NCBI RefSeq assembly: GCF_036971445.1
Contig: NC_091471.1
Location: 327,422,001-327,486,000 of the forward strand
Reading direction: 5' to 3'
Length of the DNA stretch: 64,000 nt
DNA from: Narcine bancroftii
Lineage: Eukaryota
Shown: positions 23,452 through 37,000 of the stretch, piece by piece
Layout: every line of letters begins with the position of its first letter
How positions within the stretch are numbered: position 1 is the first letter of the stretch
Translations under genes and position numbers: made by a program
The notes under the pieces: model-generated
Database searches by the model: none
Seen by the model: only the letters and a program-made list of their open reading frames with translations
What the model was told of the DNA's origin: nothing

Positions 23452-25059
23452 AATGACAGAAGGAGAAGGGAATGAAAAGAATTGACTCAGTGGAATTTCT
23501 TGTTTGTTTTTATTGAGTGACAACATTGTTTGACGGGTTTAATGTATCTTAGATTCTGAACTTTAAATGAATGGGAGGGGAGGTAGGGAGGGTGGGATGG
23601 GAAGAGGGGGGGGGAGAAAACGAAACTGTATATATTTGAAAAGGAAAATGTATGTATCTTGATCAATGTGATTAAAAGTGTGAAAAATAAAAAAATTTAA
23701 AAAGGTGGAGGTTCCAGGACAGATCCTCAGAGAGGCTGACACCCAGGAATTGGAAGTTCTTGACCCTCACCGCTGCTGAGCCCTCAATGAGGACTGGGTC
23801 GTGTTCCCCTGACTCCCTCCTGATGTCGACAATCACTCCTTGGTTTTGCTGACATTGAGTACAAGGTTGTCATTTAATTAGCTGATCCATCTCCCTCCTG
23901 CACGCCTCCTCATTGCCGAATGTGTGGCATTGGTATTGTGCTTGGCCACACGGTCGTGGGTGTAACAGGATGGTATCAGGGCATTTCAGCCCAGGGGTTG
24001 TTGGTTCATTGGGTGGCACGAATTGGGGTGAGGGGGGCAGAAATGGCCTGTTATTGTGCTGTACGTCTAAAAATTAAAAGGTTGGCCACCTCGATCTACA
24101 TGAACAATGCCTCATCATCTCCATCAGGTTGCCTCTCGTACCCTGCCGCTCCAAGGAAAAAAGGCCGCCCTCACTCCACCTGTGGTCACAAAGCCTGCTC
24201 CCTACACCAGGCACCATCCTCTGCGGCTTCCATGTCCCTCCAGAACTGAGCACAGGACTCCCAAGTGGGGTCTGGACCAGGCCCCAATGGAGCTGCAATA
24301 TGACCTCTTGGCTCCCAACTTCAGTCCCACGATGGTTGAAGGCCAATCCACCATGTGCCTTCTCAACCACAGACTGTTTGCTAAAAGTCAACTCCATTAT
24401 GCATTGGGTGGGGGGGGGGGGGATGTGAACAAAAAAAACATGGTGCATTTTGCAAGAATGTGAATTCTTAACCACAACCGCATTCAGCTGCAGTTTCCTG
24501 TCGCTTTCCGAGCGGATGAACCATAATTTAAGTTTATTTTTCCACTTGAGGTTTTTTTTTGTTGCTTCAGCTGGGTCCCAAAAACAAAACGATTTATATT
24601 TACATTTTTAAGATTAAGAAAAAATTTAGACCTACATTTCTTTTAGCCCACGAGCCTGTCCCGCCCAATGCCACCTGATTGACCCCCCCCCCCTCCCACC
24701 CAAGGTACTTTTTAAATGGTGGGAAGAGGCCGGAGTCCCCATCAGGGTCCCGATTGCAGGCGCTGCAGCAGTGTGGCGAGTGGAAGGACATGGAAGCCGC
24801 AGAGGAGTATCGCAAGAATGGTGCCTGGTTTAGGGAGCAGGCCTCGTCACCACGGGTGGAGTGAGTGCGGCCTTTTCTCCTCGCGATGGTGGGGGACGAT
24901 GAGAGGCATTGATCGTGTAGATCAGGGGTGGCCGACCTTTTAATTTAGACGTACAGCACAGTAACAGACAATTTTGCCCCCCCCCCCCCCCCCCCCCCCC
25001 CCCCAGTCCGTGCCACCCGATGAACCTACAACCCCCGGTATGTACTCATGGTCCGACAA

Positions 25060-25870
25060 GGCCTGCTACACCCATGACCGTGTGGCCAGGCACAATTCCA
25101 ACGCCATCACCAAGTTTGCCGATGACACCACATTGTCAGCAGAATCCCAGACGGCAATGAGGTGGTGTGCAGGAGGTAGATAGATCAGCTTGTTGAATGA
25201 CAACAACCTTGTGTTCAATGTCAGCAAAACCAAGGTGATTGTGGACTTCAGGAGGGAGTCAGGGGAACATGACCCAGTCCTCAGCCAAAGCTCAGTAGTG
25301 GAGAGGGTCAAGGACTTCAAATTCCTGGGGTGGGGGGGGGGAGGGTCGATATTTCCGATGATCTGTTCTGGAGCCTCCACGTTGATGCAATCACAAAGAA
25401 GGCTATACTTTGTGACATGTCTGAGGAGGTTCGGTACGTCACCAAAGACTCTCACAAACCTCCAAAGGTGGACCATGGGGGACGTTCTGGCTGGTTGGTA
25501 CGGAGGCGCCAACTCTTAGGACAAGAATAAACCCCAGAAGGTCGTTATCTTGGCCTATGACATCATTGGCACCAGACTTCACTCCATCGAGGACATCGAC
25601 TTCAAAAAGTGGCTTCTGTCCTCAAAGACCACTCAGGCCAGGCCCTCTTCATCCATCGGGGGGAGAAAGTTCCAGGAGCCTGAAGACAAGGGCATCTTCT
25701 TCCCCTCTGCCATCAGATTCCTGAATGATCCATGAACCAAACTCTGCCTGACTTTTCGTGCACTATTTTGTTACAGTAACGTTGTAGGATGGTTATAATA
25801 GGAATGTTTGCTCTATGACGCTGCAGCAAATACTGAATTTCATGACTTGTTCGTGACAATAAATTCTGAT
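25060..25870 (+). mobile_element. Rex/Babar-type LINE 3' fragment (others at 32460-33060 -, 33380-34175 +, 49790-50515 -, 51180-51740 +, 52095-52375 -, 53560-54180 +)
   Basis: [52 protein letters not shown]. Confidence 0.75.
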
Positions 25871-28024
25871 TCTCTCTGTCTGAAGGCTGGCCACCCCTAG
25901 TTTAGACAGAGGGCTTTTTCCCCGGGGTTGAAAGGGCAGCCACAAGAGGACATGGGTTTAAGGTGCTGGGGAGTCGGGACAGAGGAGATGTCAGGGGTAC
26001 ATTTTGTTTTAATGCTGAGAGTGGTGGAAGCGTGGAATGATTTGCTGGTGGAGGTGGAGTCTTTGAAGAGAATTTTCGATAGGTGCATGGGGGTTATAAA
26101 AATAGAGGGTGATAGGGAAGCTCAGTAATTTCTAAGATGGGGACATGTTTGGCACACCTCTGTGGGCCGAATGGCCCGTGTTGTCCTGTAGGTTTTCTAT
26201 GATTTGTCTTGGCAGGGAGTGGTGATGTGCTCTGAGATCTGCTTGTGGGCTGGTACAGGAAGCAGCACATCTTCTGTTGTTGCCTCTCGTGGTGAAGTCG
26301 AACGCTGCGGCAGTGGCACTGAAAGGCGATATGCGCCATGGGTCGCAGTAGCTGCAGAAGAGAGGCCTTTCTAGCCTGCGCTAGAATTATGACGCGGCCT
26401 CACCCCCCTCCCCCACACCCTATGACCCACACCTCCCCTCCCGTCCATACGTACCTGTCCAAACTTCAGTGTTCACCAATTCAGCTTGTTCGCGAAGAAA
26501 TTCCCACCGAAACGCCTCCCCTTTCACCTTTAACCTCTGGTTTGTATCTCACCCAACCTTGGTGGGGGAGAAAAAGCCCGCTTGCATTGAAGTCTGCAGA
26601 TGCTGTGATTGATTGAACAGGCCGAAAACGTCATTGATATCTCCTGTGGACGCTGCGAGACCTGCTGTGTGTGTGTGTGCCCACAGAGCTATGCCAAACA
26701 TATCCCTACCTTAGAAACGACTGGGCTTTCACACTGCCCTCTATCTAAGCTCCATGTCCCTATCCAAAAGTCTCTTCAAAGACCCTATCATACCCACCTT
26801 CACTGTCATCCCATTCCACACTCCCTTCCCCCTCTGCGTCAAAAAACCTGCCACCCCCCGACGTCTCCTTTGTGCTTACTCCCCAGCACTGTAAACCTGT
26901 ATCCTCTTGTGGCTGCCCTTTCAGGCCTGGGGGCCTCTTCTGCCTATACCCATCATAATTGTGTAAACCTCACCCTCATTCCTCTAAGCTCCAGGGAATA
27001 AAGTCCTCTTCTTAAATGTTAAAATGGAGCCTGTTCTGCACTCCTACCACTCTCTGCATGAAGTTCCCCCTAAACCAGGGTTCTCAACCTCTTTTCTCTC
27101 CACTCGCATCCCACTTTAAGTAATCCCTCTGCCATCAGTGCTCTGTGATTAGTAAGGGATTGCTTAAGGTGGGAAGAAAAAGTTTGAAAATCACTGTTTT
27201 AACTGTCACTCTGACTCATGATGTGCATGGTTTCAGAACTCCCAAGAAAAGGGGCCAATGACAATTTTTCTCAAGCAAAATATTTCAGTAACAATCGGGT
27301 CTGGAGCAGTGATTCTCAACCTTCCTGCCTTAAGCAATCCTGTACTGATCATAGAGCATCAATGACGTAGGGATTACTTAACGTGGGACATGAGTGGAAA
27401 GAAAAAGGTTGAGAACCAGTGCCCCATACTTCTCCCGTTAACCCGTGTTCTCCGGTTTGTATCTCACCAACCCTCAGTGGGGAAAAACCCGACCTACATT
27501 TACTCTGTCTGTCCCCCTCGTAATTTTAAACACCTTGATCAAATCTCCCCTCGTTCTTCTACGCTCCAGGGAATAAAATCTGAACCTGTTCAATCTTTCC
27601 CTGTAACTCAGGTCCTGAAGTCCGGACAACTTCCTAGTAAATCTTCTCTGCTCTCTTTTGACTCAGACATGAGACAGTGGTTGAGCATGCAGGCTGCAGA
27701 GGCAGGAAATGTGAGGGGGAGGGGGGGGGGTGCCGAGAGATGCAGGAGCCTACCAGAAGGAGGGAGGGTGAGACAGACGCCAGGGCACGGACGGGGAGTT
27801 GACACGGCACAAAACTCAGCGGGGTGGGGGGGGGGGAGTGAGAGGATCGGGCAGAGGGAGTCGGAAGAGTTGGCCCCCAGCAGTGCCAGGGAGAGGCGAA
27901 GGGAGGCGGGGGGCTGCGGCCCAGTCGAGATGGACTGTTAGGCAGATCTCCCAGACGGACCCCACCCAGGCCAGAAGAGGTCCCCGCTGGAAGGCCATTC
28001 AAGGGCACCAACGAGGCGACAGGC

Positions 28025-28064
28025 ATGATTGGGGCGGGGAGCAACCAGACCCAGCAGTGCCAAG
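28025..28064 (+). CDS. SIT1-like exon 1
   Basis: GGCATG start, NQT sequon, donor AAG|gtgagc with the required phase 1. Confidence 0.6.
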
Positions 28065-31000
28065 GTGAGCGGCAGCGGCCGACCGTCGTACGCATCGGGC
28101 ATGTGTGCAGAAGGGAACCTGCCCGACTTGTCAACCAGCGTCTGTGGAAGTGGGGGGAGGGAGAAAGAGAGTAAGCATCTTAAAACCTAAGTGCGTTGGA
28201 TGGAGCAAAGGTTTGGGGGGTGGGGGGAAGGAGTTACCATGTTGCTGAGCTCTTCTCCACCCCACTCTCTTCTTGCCTTTACAGCACCAGCGATTGGGAC
28301 TGGGGTTCAAATCCCTGCACTGTCTGTAAGGCGTTTGTATGTTCTCCCCGTGTCTGAATTGGGGGGGGGGGGGGTCCAGTTTTGTCTCACCATTCAAAAA
28401 TGAAGGGCCGAATTTGTCATCGTGCTTTATATCTAAATTTTTTTTTTTAATTCCCACAATGTTCAAGACGCTGTAGAGCAGGGGTTTTCAAACTTTTTCT
28501 TACCACTCATGTCCCTTACTAATTTCTGATGGCAGAGGGATTACTTAAGGTGGTTTGGGAGCAGAAAGAAAAAAATTTGTCATACAACATTACAGCAAGG
28601 AAACAGGCCCTACTGCCCTTCGAGCCTCTGACCTGCACCCATTCCATACTCACGTACCTGTCTAAACCTTTCTTAGAATTGAGCGCATTCACCAGATCGG
28701 CTTGTCCTGCGGGAAGAAGTTCTCCTGAATGTGTAAAATTGTGAAAGGTGTAGCGGTAGGTACATTGTTTCCATTGGTGTGAGGGATGGTGGAGACCAGA
28801 ATGAGGGGACATCGCCTCAAGATACAGGAGAGAAGATTTAGGACGGAGAGGCTTCCCACCCACCACCCCCAAGGGTGGGGAATCTGTGGAAGTTGCTGCC
28901 CAGTGGAGGTGATCTCAGTAAATATATTTAAGACGAGACTGGATGGATTTTTGCATTGTAGTGGGAAAAGGCAGGTCGGTGGAGAGGAGCTGATCATCAG
29001 ATCAGTCATGATCTCATTGGATGGTGGATCAGGTTCGAAGGGATGAATGTCCGACTCTGCTCCTGTTTCTCAATCCCCCTGAACTTTTACCCTCAATGCA
29101 CATCCTCTGGTTTGTGTATCAGTGGGAAAAATATCTATGTCCCCCTCATGATTTTAAACACCTCAATCAAATCTCCCTTCATTCTTCTATGCCCCGAGGA
29201 ATAAAGCCGGCTTTGGTTCACTCTACCCCTCATAATGTTGTCCACCTTGATCAACTCTCCCCTCGCTCTTCTCCACTCCAGGGAATGAAGGTTTCCAGAC
29301 GGCATCATTTTCAAGCCAGACCTGGGACAAAGGGTGGGGTTTTTTTCTGGACAGAGCGATTCATGTTTTGGGTCAGGACTCTGAAGCAAGTAAGGCGCGG
29401 AGCCTCAGGGAGACTGGGCGCAGACTGGGAGACTGCTTTGCCAAGCCCCTCGGCTCCGTCGGCCCCAATAGCAGGGTCTCCCAGTGGCCACACGTTTGAA
29501 TTCCCTGCTCCATCCCTCTTGCCGATGTGTCTGTCCACAATCTCACACATGGTCAGACTAAGACCACCCACAAATTGGAGGAACAGCAACTCATCTTCTG
29601 TCTGGGCCCCTTCCAACCAGATGGCATTAATATACTTCTCTGGTTTCCGTTAAACTCTATCCACCCCCCACCACCACATCTTTCCCCCAGCTCTCTCTCC
29701 TTTCCCAGTCTCCTTTCGCACAGACATGATCATGACCTATTTTATCCAATTAACAATTTTTGTTGGTCTGGACTCCTCCCCTGCCCTTTCTCCCCCTACC
29801 CCCTCCTCCAGTCCCCTACACCTCTCCCTGTCTCTGTGACCCCCTCGGCTCAGATCCAAAACATGGGTAATATATCTTCAACTCCTATGGACGCTGCAAG
29901 CCACAGAACATTCCAGCACAGTGGAGACCCTTCAGCCCCCGATGTTGTGCCAACCCATACATACCTACCCCCCAAAAAACTAAACCCTCCCTATTTTCCC
30001 TTCTATGAGTCCCATAAAGGCCCCTAATGTTCCAGCCTCCACCCCCAGCCAGGCCCTCACAACTCTCTGTGTAAAAACTCACCCCTAAATCTCCCTCCTT
30101 TCACTTTGCCCAGACTTCCTCTGGTGTTTGCTGATCCTGCCCTGGCCTTCTACCCTATGCCAGAATCTTGTAGACCTCTATCATCCTTCTCTGCTCCAAA
30201 GAGAAAAGTCCCAGCTCTGCCAACCTGACCTCATGAGACATGTTCTCCAGTCCAGGGATCGTCCTGGTCAATCTCCTCTCGACATCCTGTAATGAGGCGA
30301 TCAGACCTGAACACAACACTTCGCAGAGTGGAGGTGGGGGCCTAAACTTTCAGCAGAGGCCTAAAATGGAACGGGAGTTGAGAATGGCCTGCACAAGACT
30401 GCTCGGTGGTGGGGGGGAACAACGCCTTCTCACCACCCCGGCTCCCCAGCGAGAACCTTACTCCCTCTGCCTGCCCGACTAGTGAAGTTTCAGTGCAAAC
30501 TGAGCCAGAGCAGTGTCGGGTGGACAAGGGTGTTGCTGGGGCTTGAGTTACGGGGTTAAACAGAGTGACAGTCTGCAGGCGCGGAGATGGTCATAAAATC
30601 TCAATAAGTGCTGAGGGAACTTGCAGCGCCCATGAGAGGCGAAGGTATATGACTGACGGGTTCAGTGCCGGGGCAAACCTTCAAGGTACCAGCAAAGAAC
30701 AGGAAGGGGTCAGAATAAAGATGGAAGAGGAGACGAGAGAATTAACTTGGCTCTGTGAAAGGAGATGGGGGGGTGGGGGGAGAGAGACAGAAGGGGCGGG
30801 GGGGAAACGGGGAAGTCGATGTTAACACCGTCCGTGACGCAAGGCGAGGTGCTGTCCCTCTGAATGGTCTCTTGGTCCGGCTGTGCACCAGACCGCAGGC
30901 AGACGCGTCGGCCAGGGAATGGGGCGGCGAATTGAAACGGATGGCCGCTGGGGAGATCTGCACAGTTGCAGTGGGCGGAGCCGAGGGGCCTCTCCGACGC

Positions 31001-34000
31001 GGAGGAGAGCGCGGAGGGAGCACTGGTTGCGTTGGACCTGACTCTCCCCCCCCCCCCACCACTTCAGATTCACTTGGAAGGGCTGAATGGTGGTGATCAG
31101 GGTTAAACGGGAGGGCTTTATTTCCTGGAGCACAGAAGAGTGATTTGATCGAGGTATTTAAAATTATGAGCAAGCTTTTCCCACTGAGGTTGGGTGAGAT
31201 ACAATCCAGAGGGCATAAAACTGTAAGACACAGGAGCAGAAAGAGGCCATTCAGCCCATTAAGTCTGCCCTGCCATTCCATCATGGGCTGATCTGTTTTC
31301 CCACGGCCCATAATCTTGGACGCCCTGGCTCATCAAGAACCTCTCCCTTAAATGCCCCCAGTGACCTGGCCTCCAAAGCCGGCCGGGGCCACAAACCCCA
31401 CGGATTCGCCGCCCTCCGGCTGAAGAAATTCTTCGCGTCTCCGCTCCCAGCGGACCTGGCGTCAGCAGCCACCTCGAGGGGCTGATCAGCAACCTTGTCC
31501 CAGCAGTGGAAGGGCAAAGCACTGGAGAGCTCAGCCCGTTCCGACCGGCAGCGGAAACGAAGATCCAGGGGCGAGAGCCGTTGATTAAGTGGCCAGAATC
31601 CTGGAAGGAGGCGATGGCTGGGGAAAAAGGTCAATGCAGACCTGTGAGAGACACCATGACGAAGTTGGACGCACTGGGAAGATCTCTCCAGAGCTGCTGA
31701 AAAGGGGTGGCTCTGGATAAGGAGAAAGAATTCCACCTGCTCCCCTCCCCCTAACCTACCCCCAAGTGAGGGGTAAGCCCGGAGACGCCGGGATTCACTG
31801 CTGAGTCCAGGAGTGCATCGTTAACATCTCATCCAACGTGAAGTTGTCCCGGACTCTCCCACCATGGTGGGGGGGGGCGGGAAGGGAGTTCACGGAGAGA
31901 CTGGCGGGAGCTGGGGTGGCGAAAGCGGGCTCGATTTTGAACATTGAAGAATAATTTGCACAGGCACGTGGCTGGAATTTGGGGCTGAGGCAGGGTGAGG
32001 GTCTAGCACAGGCTAGAAGGGCCAAAGGGCCGGTTTCCTGTTCTGCAGTGTTTTACATCGAGCATTTCCTGCTTCTGCAGGCCTGTTACTTCATATTTCC
32101 GCAGCCTTGCACTGTCGAAACGTGTGGAATGGGCCAGATGAGGGCGAGAGTAGGCGGACACAGAGGTCTCTGCAGGCATAGACATGTCCCCATTTTGGAC
32201 AGGTCCTTCCTGCATCGATTCCTTTTCTGTCCTGCACGGAAACACCTTACGCCTGCTGCAGAGCAGAGCAACAATCAAAAGAGAGTCGCTTCAGAGACAC
32301 AAAGTGTCTGTGGGTTCACCTTCAGCACTCCCTCAGCCTCCTGTCCATCTGAGCTCCAGATCCGAACTGCCGATGCGACCGGAAAGCCTCCAGCCTCTTC
32401 AGAGGCCCCCTTCTTGTCATCCTTGTGCTCGTTCTCAGGCTCCTGGAGCTTTTCCCCGATAGGAGCAGATTGAAGGTGGTGGGGGTCTTTGCTGTTTTAA
32501 GATGCCACCTCTTGTCGATGTCCTTGATGGGTTGAAGTCCGCTGCCGTGATGTCGCAGGCCTGGTCTGGAGTTTATTCTTGTCCTGGGAGTTAGTGCCTC
32601 CATTGCAGAAAGTGATGCCATCAACCAGAACGCTCTTCACGGGCCACCTGTAGATATTTATGAGAGTATTCGGCGACGAACAGAACCTCCTCAGACACCT
32701 CACAAAGGCTATCCGTTGGTGATCATCAACGTGGACAGGTCCTCGGTAGATGTTGATCCGTCCCCCCAGGAATTTGAAGTCCTTGACCCTCTCCGCTGCT
32801 GAGCCCTCGATGAGGACTGGGTTGTGTTCCCGACTCCCCCTTCCTGAAGTCCACAGCCATCTCCTTGGTGTTGCTGACTTTCCATGGGCCAATCGATCTC
32901 CCCTCTGCATGTTCCCTTGTTGACATCTGGGATTCAGCCAACGACCATGGGGTCACCGGTGAAATTTGTAGACGGCTCTGGAATTGTGCCTGGCCGCACA
33001 CAGTCACAGGTGTAGAGTGAGTAGAGCAGTGGGCTGAGCCCGCATCCTTGGGGCGCGCCTGCGTTGGTGGAGGGGTAGCAGCTGCTCCTGACCTGGTTGC
33101 GCGAGTCTGGTGGCCTCTCTCCTGACGGCAGCAGCGAGAACAGATCGTGTCCTGGGTCGGGCGGATCCTTGATGATCGCTGCTTCTTTCCGACGGTACAT
33201 GGACTCCCCCACCCCGGAGGTGGGGGGGAGGGCATTTAAAGACTGTGAACATTTTCCTTCTGCCCATCAATGATTTTATCAAACTCCACAAGGTACCCAC
33301 TTCACCCACTGACGTTCTGGGGAGAAAGGCCTTGTGAGGGTTTCAGTCCCGGGAAATCTTTTCTGCTGCTGGACAACCAGAGGGTCAAGAACTGCATGCG
33401 GACTTGGATGGAGAGCAACAACAACCTCGCACTCAATGTCACCAAGACCAGGGAGGGAAAGTCAGGGGTGCATGACCCAGTGATCATTGATAGAGATAGA
33501 GAGGGCGAGCACATTTAAGTTCTTGGGAGCCACCATCTCAGAGAGTCTTTCCTGGACCCCACACGCCACTGGCATCGTGAAGAGAGCCCGTCAGCGCCTT
33601 TACTTCCTCGGGAGTTGGCAGAGGTTCAGTACGACCCTGGCGAATTTCTATGGATGTGTGGTGGAAAGTGTGCTGACCAGGTAGTATGGGGACACCAATA
33701 CCCCCTGAGCATAAAGCTCTGCAAAAGGTAGTGGACATGGCCCAGGACATCATGGGCAAAACCCTTCCGCCACCATCGAGGACATCTTGGGGACGCTGCC
33801 ATTGGGGAGCACAGTTATCATCAAGGATCCACACTGCCCAGCACACGCCCCGTTCTCCCTGTTGCTATCAGGAGAGAGGTCTGGGGTGGGGGGGGGGGGG
33901 GGGGGAATCACAAAACACGTGCCACCAAGTTCAGAAATAGCTGCTACCCCACCACTATTAGACTCCTCAAAGACAAACTCCATCAGGGATTCTGACCTGT

Positions 34001-37000
34001 GCACTTTAGTGATTTTGTGTTCTCTCTGTCTCGCACAGTCATTTTGTTTACATTTGTTATCTGATCACAATCCTTTATTTGTTTACAAGTCTTCACAATG
34101 AGCAGTAATTCTGGCGCACCTCCTACAGGGAAACGAGTCTATGTGATGTGTGTATATTCTCTGACAATAAATCTGAGACCTGAGATGAGCAGCGGGATGA
34201 ACACCGGTCCCTCGAGAGATGCCTGCGTTATCCATCAGTGTGGGCAAGATCTCGGACTTGACCTCATTTCTCTGTTCCAGGACTTCAGGATCTGTGCTGC
34301 AGCTCCCTCATGTGGATTATCTGCGGGGTGTCCGGGGCTCTTCTGCTTGTCTCGCTCTCCTGCAATGTCCTCTGCTGCGCCCAGAGCTACCGGAGAGGTA
34401 AGTGGACTTGGAGGCGGGTGGTCCACTTGGTCCCTTCGTAATTCCCTGGGATCTCAGGGCACGAGCTGGCCCATTGGGTCTGCCCTGCCATTCTCATCAT
34501 GAGCTGATCTGCCACCCTTCTCCTGCAACCCTCATCAAACACTTGTCAATCTCTGACTTAAATGCACCCAACTAGCTCATATCCATGGCCGCAAGTTCCA
34601 CAGACTCACGACCCTCTGGCTAAAGAAATATTTCCGCGTCTCTGTTTCAAATGGACGCCCTGTTACCCTGAAGTTGTGCCCCCTTGTCCTAGACTCCCCC
34701 ACTGTGGGAAACATCCTTGCCACATCCACTCTCTCCAGGCCTTTCAGCACTCGAAAAGCCTCTATGAGGTTTCCCCCTCAATCCTTCTGTACAGACCAAG
34801 AACCAGCCATCATTCCCCATATTCGAACCCTGGTATCGTTCCTCTCCAACCCCAGCATGTCTTTTCTCAAATACGTTGCCCAGAACTGTGTGCATGTCAG
34901 GCCTCACCAGTATCCTATAAAGTCTCCACACCACAGCCCTGCTCTAGTATGCCGTACCTCTTGAAATGAATGCTGACCCAACCTTCGAGGGATCCTGCAC
35001 GAGGATCCCCAGGCCCCCATGGCACCTTGGAAGTTTGGATTTCCCCCCCCCCCCCTACCCCTTTAAATAATAGTCTGCCCGTCCATCTCTTCTGCCCCGA
35101 CTGCACACTGTGCAGGCCTTTCGGCCCTTCTGGTCTGCGCTGGCCATCATCTCCCTGCTCCAACTCCACAACCTTCCAGGCCTCTCCCCTCCCTCGCGTC
35201 TGTCCAATTTAAAACTCGTGGTCGAGCCTGAGCTCACCACATTCCCGCCGCTCTCTGAGCAAAGAGCGTCCCCCTAGACCTTTCCCCATCAGCTCAAAAC
35301 AACGTCCCCTGTATTGATCTCCCCCGATTTATGTGGAGCCTCCTTGCATCCACTCTATCTACACCTCTCATAATCTCGTAAACCTCAATCAAATCTCCCT
35401 CATTCTTCTACGCTCCAGGGAATAAAGTCCGAACCTGTTCAACCTTTCCCTGTAACTCAGTTCCTGAAGTCCGGGAAACATCTGGGTTTCTATCTTACTG
35501 GTATCTTTCCTGGAGTTCGGTACCAAAACTGCACACAATTCTCTCAATCATGCCTTGTACAACTTCAATATAACACCCCAGCATTGTAATTCATTTGCCA
35601 CCTGCTTTGTCCATCCTCCTGATCTACCCAAGTCTCTCTGCAGTCTCTCTGTTCCTCTCCTCACCCCCCCCCCATCTCTCGTTGCATCACATCTGCCCAT
35701 TTTCTCAATTTTTCTGTCCCCGTCAAGGGAAACGAACCCTCCACAGAGATTTTCTGTAGACATACCATCCTCCAACAACACCTTCTCAGTTTAATTTTTT
35801 ATTTTTCACACCATAAATCACATTAACCATGGTACACACTTTTTCCTTTTCACACATATACAGTGCCATTTTTCACCCCCCCTCCCTCCTCCCAACCCAC
35901 CCTCCCCACCCCCCCCTCCCGTCCATTTAAGGTATACAATCTAGGATACATTTAACCAGTCAGACAATGTTGTCACTCAACAAAAATACACCAGAAATTC
36001 TACTGAGTCCATTCTTTTCATTTCCTTCTCCTTCCATAAACTTAGGTAATGATTGTCCCCGGTAGGTTTTTGCTATTGTATTTAATGTAAGGCTCCCATA
36101 TTTGTTCGAATATTTCAATATTATTTCTTAAACTATATGTTATTTTTTCTAATGCAATACATTTATTCATTTCTATATACCATTGTTGTATTTTCAAATT
36201 ATCTTCCGATTTCCAGGTTGACATAATACATTTTTTTGCTACGACGAGAGCTATCTTAACAATTCTTTTTTGTGCACCATCCAAATCAATTCCAAATTCT
36301 TTGTCTTTTATGTTACTTAGGAGGAAGATCTCTGGATTTTTTGGTATATTGTTTTCTGTAATTTTATTTAATATCTGGTTTAGATCTTCCCAAAATTTTT
36401 CTACTTTCTCACATGTCCAGATTGCATGAATTGTTGTTCCCATTTCTTTTTTTACATCGAAAACATCTATCAGATACTGTTGGGTCCCATTTATTTAACT
36501 TTTGAGGTGTAATGTATAGCCTGTGTATCCAGTTATATTGTATCATACGTAACCTCGTATTTATTGTATTTCTCATCATTCCAGAACATAACTTCTCCCA
36601 TGTTTCCTTTTTTGTCTTTATATTTAAATCTTGTTCCCATTTTTGTTTAGTTTTACCATTTGTTTCCTCATTCTCCTTTTCTTGCAGTTTAATATACATA
36701 TTTGTTATAAATCTTTTGATTATCATTGTATCTGTAATCACATATTCAAAGTTACTTCCCTCTGGCAAACTCATACTGCTTCCTAATTTATCCTTCAAGT
36801 AGGATCTCAATTGGTAATATGCCAGCGCTGTATCTTGAGTTATATTGTACTTATCTTTCATTTGTTCAAAGGATAAGAATCTATTTCCTGAAAAACAATT
36901 TTCTATTCTTTTAATCCCTTTTTTTCCCATTCTCTAAAGGAAAGGTTATCTATTGTAAAAGGGAGTAACTTATTTTGCGTCAATATTAGTTTTGGTAATT

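Larger units (their letters stand above)
17848..23701 (+). mobile_element. Full-length LINE-1 copy A, inactive; 14-bp TSD AAGGTGGAGGTTCC (17834-17847 and 23702-23715)
   Basis: ORF1, then ORF2 with APE endonuclease, RT and CCHC domains; A-rich tail; flanking TSD; several stops and frameshifts. Confidence 0.95.
17330..23960 (-). mobile_element. Rex/Babar-type LINE fragment split by the L1 insertion (17330-17847 and 23702-23960)
   Basis: The two flanks join into one continuous RT C-terminal and 3' tail sequence similar to the copy at 25060-25870. Confidence 0.6.

Noticed and set aside
30700-32450. Non-repetitive-looking stretch with several short ORFs in SIT1-like intron 1
   Set aside because: No consistent exon chain or recognisable peptide, and it is interspersed with CR1 tail remnants.
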